A stretch of DNA of 64,000 nt, taken from Octopus sinensis (Eukaryota). The stretch is from the NCBI RefSeq assembly GCF_006345805.1, contig NC_042998.1, forward strand, positions 43,834,001-43,898,000, given 5' to 3'. A model generated the notes under the pieces. The model searched no databases, was not told the origin of the DNA, and saw only the letters and a program-made list of their open reading frames with translations. How positions within the stretch are numbered: the first letter of the stretch is position 1; each line of letters opens with the position of its first letter. Positions 38,791 to 50,407 of this stretch are shown piece by piece. The position numbers and the translations under genes are program-made.

Positions 38791-39175
38791 AGAACGAACC
38801 AGAAATTAATTAATCAAATTATCTAGAATAATACATTGTATATACAAACTGTTCAATAGGAGATTCCAAAATAATATTGAGATTTAATAATTTCTTTTTA
38901 CTCTCCACAAAGACAATGTATATAACAAGCTGATTATATGTCTAAACAAAAATAAATTCAAAGATCTTTAAAATCTGGCTTACAATCTATAGATATATTT
39001 TGTTATGCCAAATAGCAAAATACTGTTAAAGCACTAGTAATACAAACATACATACATACATACATACATACATACATACATACATACATACATACATGCA
39101 TACATACATATATATATATATACATATTACAAAGATAATACAATGTATACGTATATGTATGTACTTGTGTGCATA

Positions 39176-39210
<35 letters not shown>

Positions 39211-39349
39211 GCGGGCGTTCACACACAGACACTAACACACACATTTATTGTGTATGTTTATGTTTGTGTGTTGTAGACTGTATATTTCTGATAAATTCTT
39301 ACCACTGTCAATGAAAATGATTTGTTTTCGATACGTTTGTAATCTGTAC

Positions 39350-39439
<90 letters not shown>

Positions 39440-40058
39440 GAGTTGTAGTTCAGTTTGTAGTTTGTAGACCGGGTGAAGATATATAAATCTCCCAATGGAT
39501 AAAAAAATAAATGTGTAATCATTCCTTGATGAAAGTTGAAGTCTTGATTCTAGTCTGATAGACATATTGGTTTTTAGCACTAACAATGATAAGGTCTGCG
39601 GTGTATACTGAAAATCTCAGCAGCAATTTTTATCTAAAATTAACGTTGATATATTCTAATTTATCAAATAATACTACGTCTTACACTACGAATAACTGAA
39701 TTAATCTTCATTGTCAGTGCATGCATTGTTATACAAGTAAACACACCTGCTTCTCTAAATCATAATTTGTATACACTGTAAATAATTCTATACTGCTAAT
39801 CTCTCCATGGTCTTTCTCTGATGACGGTCAAACAAAACCAGAAACTAATATGATCGAATCAAAATTTTCTACCCACAGAGTTAACTGAACCTATTGTGTT
39901 ACCACTCCCATTTTTCATCCTTACCACAACGTGGTTAACTTCTATATTTAATATAGAAGGAAATGGCTTACTGTACCTTTCAAATTATCAAATGTAGAGT
40001 ACTAATATGCAAAATGAACTGATCCGATATTCAAAGTGAACTGATGCGTTCTAATACT

Positions 40059-40444
40059 GGGGAAGCACTCCGTCGGTTACGACGATGAGGGTTCCGGTTG
40101 ATCCGAATCAACGGAACAGCTTGCTCGTGAAATTAACGTGTAAGTGGCTGAGCACTCCACAGACACGTGCACCCTTAACGTAGTTCTCGGGGATATTCAG
40201 AGTGATACAGAGAGTGAGAAGGCCGGTCCCTTGAAATACAGGTACAACAGAAACAGGAAGTAAGAGTGAGAGAAAGTTGTGGTGAAAGAGTACAGCAGGG
40301 ATCGCCACCATCCCCTGCCGGAGCCTCGTGGAACCTTTAGGTGTTTTCGCTCAATAAACACTCACAACGCCCGGTTTGGGAATCGAAACCGCGATCCTAT
40401 GACCGCGAGTCCGCTGCCCTAACCACTGGGCCATTGCGCCTCCA
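40059..40444 (-). mobile_element. Full-length SINE family A copy, tail type i, 12-bp TSD
   Basis: Head GGAGGCGCAATGGCCCAGTGG (A box) ... GGTTTCGATTCC (B box). Identical CGTTCTAATACT at 40047-40058 and 40445-40456. Confidence 0.92.
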
Positions 40445-40823
40445 CGTTCTAATACTATAATTTGATGTAAGAGGTTAATTTAATGTGTGGAGTTTTTGGA
40501 TAAACTTTCTCTTGTAAACTTTTAAGCAAACTACGTCTATTACAGTTTTATTCTGCCAACGGAAAGATAGAATTTGTAGGAATGTCGTTTCAATTTTCTT
40601 CCACAATGAATCTAAATTTCTACACGCATTAAAAAAACTACATAACTTACTCTTCAAATCATCCAACAACTCGCGTGCTAATAATTAATACACACATAGA
40701 AGCATGCGGATGTAAATATATATGTATGTATGTATATATATATATATATATTCATATACATATATATGTATATATGCACATATGTGTTTGTGCGTGTATG
40801 TGTATAAACATATGTATAAACGC

Positions 40824-40874
<51 letters not shown>

Positions 40875-41644
40875 TATATATATATATATATATGCATACA
40901 TATACATATATACAGATACCTATCGGTCTCTCTTTTGTTTTTTTTTCTCCCTCGAATGTATATATGTATAAATATGCATATACACACATATATGCACATG
41001 CACACGCACACACAGATTCGCACACACATACACACACACATACACACACACACACATACACAGACACTCACTCGAATCAGTAATTTCGTGCAAACAAAAT
41101 TAGTTCTATTTTATCAATGCTAAGAACTTTGCTAGATTTGCTTTGAAGTTTGGTTTTTGATAGATGCGCTATATTAACTGCTAATTTGTGTACTTCAAAT
41201 ACTTGCAAATTACCAACCAAGTACGATTGAATGGAAAGTATGTTTTCGTATAATTAATTTATTGATGTAACATTGATGTATCTTCTTAATCCGCGACGAC
41301 ATCTTATTTATTAATAGTTATCAGATGTAGTCTGTCTACATGAAAAAATAAACACTGTTCATATTGAATCTAAAAAGAAAAAAAAATAATATATAGTCAT
41401 ATAACTATGTATGTACGTACGTATCTATGCGTATGTTGCATGCATGTATATATGAAAATATACATACATACATATATATATATATGTGTGTGTGTGTTTA
41501 GATGATAGATAGATAGGTATGTATGTATATATACATTTAATTGTATATATATAAACTATGAATGTGCCTGAGTGTGTATATCTGTGGTGTGTGTGTGTGT
41601 GTCTGTGTGTGTGTGTGCGTGCGTGCATATGTGTGTGTATTTAA

Positions 41645-41982
41645 AGGCGCGTAGCCTAATGGTTAAAGTGTTCAGCTCCTCATCATAAGGTCATACTTTT
41701 GATTCCTAGAGTGAGCGGTGTGTTGCGTCCTTGAGCAAGGCACATAATTTCGCATTACTTGAGCCTGCCAGGCTGAATGTGAGAACAAGCCAAGTGCGTG
41801 AGGCTTCTGAGATTATGTATTTTTGCTCTCGATGAGATAGGAACTTAAAACACAAAGGCGTGGTACAAGTTTAGCTACCCCGATCACACTCGCTTGGGAA
41901 TGACTGCTAAGTGATTTCATCACACAAAGACACACAGACACACAGACACACACACACACACACACACACACGCACGCGCACA

Positions 41983-42036
<54 letters not shown>

Positions 42037-42200
42037 CTGTCTGAAATCCTCGGTGACTTACACTCTTATTCGATGGGTACGACATTCTTTTATAAATTAG
42101 TTTGATACCGACTTGAAGGGTGTAGTCAAACAAATTGAACCCAATATTTATTTTAAAAAAGTCTGGTACTTATTCTATTATCCTCTTCTTACTGTACTGT
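41645..42200 (+). mobile_element. tRNA-headed SINE (GCGTCCTTGAGCAAGGCAC core) followed, after a (CA)n run, by a SINE C-like tail fragment
   Basis: GGCGCGTAGCCTAATGGTTAAAG A-box-like head and TTGATTCC B-box-like motif. Decayed. Confidence 0.55.
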
Positions 42201-42320
42201 TAAGTTACGAATATATAATCATACCAACACCTGCCGTGTAGCAGTGAGAGGAACAAGCACAAACACGTACACATCAACACAGACTTACATACGTACTCAT
42301 ACACACACACACACACGCAC

Positions 42321-42366
<46 letters not shown>

Positions 42367-42408
42367 ACATACATATGTCGTTTACATATATATATATATA
42401 TATATATA

Positions 42409-42627
42409 TTATTGAGCGAAAACACCTAAAGCTCCACAATGCTCCGGCAGGAAGTTGGTGGTGACCCCTGTTGTACTCTTTCGCCACAACTTTCTCTCAC
42501 TCTCTTTTCCTGTTTCTTGAGTAACGCTGCGATGGACTGGCGTCCCGTCCAGCTGGGGGGAACACATACGCCACAGAAACCGGGAAACCGGGCCCTTGAT
42601 CCTGGCTAGGCTTGAAAAAGGCGCATG
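42409..42627 (+). mobile_element. 5'-truncated SINE family A copy, tail type iii
   Basis: ATTGAGCGAAAACACCTAAAGCTCCAC core, then CTGCGATGGACTGGCGTCCCGTCCAG...GAAACCGGGAAACCGGGCCC. Confidence 0.85.
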
Positions 42628-42628
42628 A

Positions 42629-42659
<31 letters not shown>

Positions 42660-44351
42660 GTGTGTATAATTTAAAAGTAGGATAAAATCTTTATAAGAAT
42701 TTATCAAGCAGTTAGCGTGAAAAACCTCATAAATATATTTATTTTTATTAAGGGCATTACTATACATAAATACCTCACGCTAGGAGGAACTCCTAAAGTC
42801 AAAACTACCTTAATAAACACATTGTCTCGAACGCGAGGGAATTCTAGAGGACATTTTATGTCATAAATCGCAATATTTTAACTACAAAAATACTCTCTAT
42901 TTAGAAAATGGTTTTCTTTTTTTGCATTTCCCATCTATGTCATTCATTAATATTTCATTCGCATTCACATTTGATACTATAGTTTCAAAAATACTGCAAT
43001 GTTTATTATTGTAATTGATTAGAAAAGGATAAATATGCTTTTTTTTTTCAGCGATCCACATTTTGGACTTTTCGGAAAATTTATAATTTCCGAAATAATT
43101 CACATATGAAGAAAATTTAAGTATTATATATTATTTTAATTCCTAAGACACCTAGCAAAGTAAAAAAATGTGAATAAAAAAAATTTGGCAGTTAATGTGT
43201 TGTTGTGAAAATCTAGCGAAACAAACATCGTACAACACAAATAACATTATAAAAATGGCTCTCTTTTTGTCAGGTAGTACATGTATGAGATATAAACCCA
43301 AACATGTTATGGACACCACCATAATGCATAAGCAAACGACTTCGCATTTTAAATTGCTATTGATCATAAACGTTAAATGTAACGGACACAAATTATTTTG
43401 ATCCTAAATACGAAATAATAGAAGCACACTCACAAGCAGATTAATAAAATAAACCAGAAACGTAATATGAATAAATGAACAAATAAATAAACCTCTACGA
43501 AACGTCAGGTCACATGGCATCGACGTTCAACAAAAGCCTCTCTATTCCCTTGTTCTTTTACTTCTCCAAATTCCATTTCAGTTAATAGCAGGTTATTTGT
43601 ATGATATGCGCTTTCATCTCAATGGTTCTTGGTTCTTTTAATGGGTATCAACAATAAAAATTATTGAAAGTAGTCGATTCAACAATTTTCATTCTTTATT
43701 GCTAAAGATATTTTCAAACGACACGCTTAACTCGATTCACATCTAGACAGCAAACGTCCACACACGGAAACGCAAGCACGCAGCACACACACACACACAC
43801 GCACACGCACGTACGTACACACACACATACACAAACACACATACATGCACATGCGTACAAACACACACATACACATGCAACACACACACACACACACATG
43901 CACATGCATACACATTCACACGCACACACAAACACACATGCACACACACTCATACGCACATATACACATATGCACACGCAAGCACACACACACACAAACA
44001 CACACACACACACACTTCAAACCGTTTTTGAGTCGGCATTAACGCTTGAGTTATGCATTAACGAGAGCATTTGACAGAGTATTTGGGGAGTCCACACAAA
44101 TGTATTAGCTATTTTAGTATCATTTATTAAAGTCGATAAAGACATATAAATCAGTTAAGCATTTATATACTATTACATTATTTGCAGAAGAGAACTATGT
44201 TGATAACTGGTTTAATTTCTCTGTTTTCATCTATTTTCCAGTAGACGTTTTGTGCTCGATCGGATTTTCTTCCAGTATAGGATTCTGCAATTTCTAAACA
44301 TCGAAATCCAAAATATATTCTATACTTAATCTGTTATTGGATTAAAGGAAA

Positions 44352-44741
44352 TCTATATATATATAAAGCTGAAGTTGTCTGTGTATGGCAGGTTTGGTAG
44401 CCTTCAACTAACACTATCTCCTCCGAGATCCTGCGGCGCAAGTTGACCAAAATTGAGAGTATGACAGAAGGCTTGCTCTTCCTTCCGTAGAAGAAAAAAG
44501 TCAAATCGGACCATGTTAAAACCCAAAATTATTTACATCAAAAAGGTGCTCTTTTTTCTATGAAAATCCTTATTTTTAACGATTTTTTGACTGCTGTGTC
44601 GCCATTTTTCGGTGTATTTCAACCAGAAAAATGTTCACTTAAAGAGAATAACAAGCTACATAATGCAAAATTTTTACTTTTCAAAAATTCCGATTCTAAA
44701 GGGTCGAAACAAACCCGAGAAACGCCGGGCAATACTGCTAG
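44352..44741 (+). mobile_element. Non-autonomous Helitron
   Basis: Inserted between A(44351) and T(44742). 5' TCTATATATATATAAAG; 3' hairpin CCCG-AGAAACGC-CGGG followed by CTAG; no TSD. Confidence 0.8.
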
Positions 44742-45683
44742 TATTTCAATATTAACCAATGTTTTTATTGAAGCGATGCAGCATTTAATCAGAATTTCTC
44801 AAATCTGTTATTAACAATCTTAATGCTGTTCTGCTGGCTATAAACAAGTGTTACACTTATTATTCTTTTCTAATCTCCTGCGCTCTTTATAACCAAGCAA
44901 CGGTAGTTTTTAGTGGACAGGAGTGGTCGTTGAATGCCCAGTCTTCTGTATCGATAAATCATCTCATTAGTCTTCAATGATGAATAGTTAAACAACATTA
45001 CGATGTTATAGTCGGGCCCCAGGGAGAAAATACACAAAAAAGTGTCTATTAAATAACTCTATATTCAACTTAAATTCAATTGAATATTTCTAAATCATAT
45101 TTTATAATTCATTATTGGCGCATTCAGTTAAAGAATGATTAACCCTGTTAAATACAGACTCGAGAGAGGGAAGTTAACTTTCGAACGAGCATTCGTTTTC
45201 TCGCTGAGATAAGTCACATGGTATAGTTGTTCAGGTGCCCGACTCGTCAAATAATCTTGGTTCCAAGTCCAGGACAAGGTTGTGTATTGTCTTTCTGAGC
45301 TAGATACTTCATTTCACGGTGGCCCAGTCTATTTCGCTGTAATGAGTATCATCCCGGTGCTAGGGAAGGTGTGTCTGCCTGCTGCCAACCACATCGCAGG
45401 TGTGTCTGTCTGCTGCCAACCACTTCGCAGTAGCGTAGCTAGTAGGGGTACGTCGACGGTAGGTGCCGAGCTACTTCAGGCGGCACTTTTAAGGTGGTGT
45501 AACACTTTGTGGTTACTGTATGAGCCTGTATCGGTTTGGGGGCCCGGGAAACAAAATCAAGGGATGTTCCGGGTGGCATACGCTGTAACTATGTCATTGC
45601 TGCATATGTACCTAAAACAATGAGCAAAATCGCAACCATCGACTGAGTGTGTATGTGTGTGTGTGCGTGTGTGTGTTTGTGTA

Positions 45684-45724
<41 letters not shown>

Positions 45725-46104
45725 ACATATATATTGATTTATAAACGACATGAACGTGCTTTCAATCTCGGTAAATTCAAAACGTTATTGTCCTATTTCT
45801 CATTTGCTCAATGTAATTTCAATAATTTATCGGAACTTTCGTTATATCATGCCCTACATCGAAATAGCATTGCAGAGGAATATAAACGTTCTATAGTTGG
45901 TTAGACCACCTTGTTGACAATTCTCCTTGTCATACTGAAATAACGAATTATGTAGGGCAACGCATAGATAAATTATCATTCAAACTGTCACCTGATTCAA
46001 TCATTTCATGAGTCTAATAACTAAGTGTCTAATAAGTGTTATATACACATACATATATATATATATGTTCAACATCAATAGGGTATTTCTGTATGTATGC
46101 ATTT

Positions 46105-46340
46105 TATGTATGTATGTATGTATGTATGTATGTATGTATGTATGTATGTATGTATGTATGTATGTATGTATGTATGTATGTATGTATGTATGTATGTATG
46201 TATGTGTATGTATGTACGTATGTATGTATAGCTAACTAGCCAGCCAGCTATATGGGTAGATACACACATACATGTATATATATATATGTATGTATGTATG
46301 CATGTATGTATGTATGTATGTATGTATGTATGTATGTATA
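46105..46340. repeat. (TATG)n microsatellite
   Basis: Long TATG tetranucleotide run with short interruptions. Confidence 0.95.
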
Positions 46341-47214
46341 TATATAGTCATGTGTGTGTGTGTGCTGCAAATGTCTTAAATCTTTCAATCTTAGAGAAGT
46401 CCAAGCTGAGATTTAAAATTCAATCATGAAAATCAATGAACTTGGGAAAATGTTGTTTACTATGGGCGAAATGCAAAAATTTAAGAAGAAATACTGCCTG
46501 TTGTAGGCCAAGATAAATATTATCGAGACTTTCACACAAACATGCACAAATACACTCGATCTTGCACACAGACCTTTAGACATACATAAATATGCAAATT
46601 TGCATGAAAAAAAATAAATAAAACAAGAAGAGAGGAAGGGGGGAAATGGTGTCTCTTAGCTGGGTGATTTAAGACGATTACATCCTCAAAAGCCCAGCAT
46701 TTAAGCCAAGATGCAAAAAAAAAAAAAAAAATTATTGATGAAAAAAAATATATCGCCAAAAAACGATAAGAACATAGCAGTCAATATAGATTTATTTCGG
46801 TAAACCTTCAAACGCACACGACTAGAGATTACTGGTTTTGTGTTTATTTCAAAATAGACAGTGTTTTGAAATTCACCTGTATTTATTACAGAACACACCG
46901 CCACCCCTTCCTACTCGCTCCCATCAGTTATCTCTCATCATCTTATAACCCATCTATCTCATGTGTTCTATGATTGCAGAACTGATATCTGCCTATCTAT
47001 CTATTGGTTTGATATATTTAAATGTGTGTGCTTGCCTGTGATGTAGTTATTGTTATACCATGGAATATGCATATGTAAACATATATTCATACATAAATAA
47101 ATATGCGTGTGTGTGTATGCATACATACATACAATTATTTCTCTTTCTCTCTCTGTCTCTCTCCACTTCTCTCTATTTCTCTCTCTATCTTTTTCGTTAT
47201 ATACAAAGAGAAAG

Positions 47215-47600
<386 letters not shown>

Positions 47601-47940
47601 TATAATTGAATAAATGAATGAATGACTGTATCTATGTTTTCTATTAAGCTACGTCTTAATGCTGTTTAACTACGCCGCATTGCATTCATCCATCTGAGTC
47701 AATTATCTTCAGATTAATGTTTGCCTGAGAATTCTTCCTGAGCAGAAAAGATTAAATAGAAATTTTGACATTTCGTATTGAGTATTTCTAGCACTAAGAA
47801 AGCTGTTAATGGACATAACTTGACAGTTTTCGTGTACATCAACTGTATTGAGGCTGTATAGTCAGCAGTACAAAACAAATAGGTGATTACCGATAACGAG
47901 AACACATCTGCAACTATCATTCTCCCCTTACGACTAAACG

Positions 47941-48023
<83 letters not shown>
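47941..48023. repeat. (TATC)n microsatellite, 5' flank of the Tx1-like LINE
   Basis: Pure TCTA run ending at the first base of the element. Confidence 0.95.
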
Positions 48024-48241
48024 CGACATGGACGGACGCTAGTCAAATGGGCTCCACGTAAGTTGGTCATTTTGTACGTTGAAAATTGTTTATTGTGAAA
48101 TATTTTGTGTTTAAAAGTTGTGCAACAACATCCACTGCAAACCTTGATTAATATCTACACAAAATTTTGCCCTTGTGGGCAAAATTTAAAAGAAAAATTC
48201 TCATAGCCTCGTGGTTTCATTTAGCCATTTTATTTTCCAAA

Positions 48242-50395
48242 ATGGCCACTGGTCACCACGAGGCTGAGGTGCAAGTCAAGCGTGACGCAGAGGCAGAAAA
48301 ACAGGATGCTCTGTTACCTTACGCTGAACCTGACAACTCCGCCACCATCAACATCGACAACAGCAACAAATACAAAACAAAGGTCGCAAGGCCAAGCACC
48401 GTCAACACCATCAGTGAGTCCACCACCACCACCAACACCGACAACAACACCATGGCAGAATCTGCTACTAAAACTGCTATCCCTACTAAAGACGTCGCCA
48501 CCAATAACAATACCAACATCACCATCACCGCCACCAAAGACCGTGCCGTCAATGCTACTAATACTACTAACACCACCGCCGTCACCAAGAACGACAATAA
48601 CAACAACAACAACAACAACAACAACAACGACGACGACAACAACAATTCCCTTCAACCACTGCTCACTCCATCACCAAGTGAAAAAATAACGACGACAAGC
48701 AAACGAAATGCCGAAATTTGCGCTAATGCAGGACTAAATTACGCAGGCAATTTTCCACCCTTGCTAGTGCATAATCAGCAACCACAAACCTACAACCCAC
48801 ACCCCTGCCATCAACACCAACACCACCGGCAGTAACAACAATAACAAAACAACACACAAACTTCGCCGAGGCGATAAAAGAAAAGGTAACAAAAGTTTCG
48901 TTTACTACACAACAGATTAAAGATTGCAGAAACCTTATTACAAATCAAAACGGAAAAATACTCTTACACATACCTCAGCACATACTGAATGAGGAGAAAA
49001 AAAAGACAATTGTATATAAAATCACAAATAAAAAAACAAAAAGTCCAGAAAAGGCAAGCACAGACAAAGTCGAAAAGTGCTTACGCCCCATCTGGGGATA
49101 CAAGGATTGTGTGACTTGGGCGAACAAGTTCGCACACGTACAGGTGGTTTTTCAGAATGAAGAGTTGGCGAAGAAATTCTCAACGATAACCCTTCATTCT
49201 GATGAACTAACGTTGACACCGAGTTACCTCGGCCAGAAGGTGACGAAAGTCATTATCAGTGGTGTCCCCCAAGTGACTACAACACTGTGGATTACATCCG
49301 CCTTAACATCCGAAATGGAGGACATAAACATCCTAGATATCGGTGTTTCGGAAAAACAGGACTGGCTGGGAAAGAGAATAGAGTTCCTCTTCCACATAAG
49401 TCAAGAGGACATAAATAAAATCCCCACCCACGTACATCTTGAGGATGGCCGCAAGTTATACGTAGTAGTCGAGGGCAGAAGGCCACGATGCTATACATGT
49501 GGCAGTGAGGCACACCTCAAAAAGGAGTGCAAATCTGCCGCAAAATTACAACAACAACAACAGCCACAGGAAAATCACAAAAGCCAGGATTATTGCCCAC
49601 ACCACAATATGGACAGCTAGTCAAGAAGCTGTATGCGGAAATGCAGGAAAAACAACACGAACAAGCCAACCCAACCAAACAACACCAACACCAGCGCCAA
49701 GAACAGAATCATCACCACCAACAACAAATAAACCAATTCCAACACCAAGAATAACAACGAAGAAGACAAGCACCAAGGATGTAGGAGAGACAATAACCAC
49801 AACAAATCCCCCAGCAACACCCTCCCCGCGCACCACAACAATATCTACAACCGCACAAACACATCCAGACGCTTTACCCTTGCCCCCTGCTGATTCGTCA
49901 GACTTTTCATCTAACGATGAAAGTTCGACAGAATGGCAAATAGCCACAGGGGGTAAAAGAAAAAGATCAGAAAAACCAAACAAGAAATCGCAACCAAAGC
50001 AGGGAGATACCTGAACCCTGAAAACTCCATACACAACAAAACAAGCACCAACACCACAAAAAACAATGCTATCAGCGATAGACACAAAAGACTCCAAACT
50101 AATGGAGTACATCACAGGATACACAAACATTTGTGAAGATGACTTTAAAAATAGCAATCATCACGCACTACACCACCCAAACACATCAAAATACTACACA
50201 TCACACAAACACAACACACAAACTCAAAGCCCTCTTCCCAAATGCTGTGTAGGGGTTTCCAGAAATATCTGTCCCAAAAACTATATAGAAACCTCCTCGA
50301 AGACACATCAAAGAACGAGGAAGCCAAAACTTTCGACACAAGTAAGTAACTCTCTGTACTTTCATTTGTGTGTTTTAAAGCACACACCCCAATAG
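48242..50395 (+). pseudogene. LINE ORF1 (gag-like: T/N-rich N-terminus, RRM-like region, CCHC knuckle, Q- and T/P-rich tail), frameshifted
   Basis: Pieces in different frames: MATGHHEAE.., NFAEAIKEK, VQVVFQNEELAKKF..KVIISGVP, RCYTCGSEAHLKKEC (C-x2-C-x4-H-x4-C), GGKRKRSEK. Confidence 0.8.
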
Positions 50396-50407
50396 AATCA
50401 TGGTCAG

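Noticed and set aside
46592-46605. Palindromic double octamer ATGCAAATTTGCAT (and ATGCAAATATGCAT at 20407-20420)
   Set aside because: POU-type sites are plausible, but such AT-rich words are expected by chance here, and no snRNA gene or promoter context was found.
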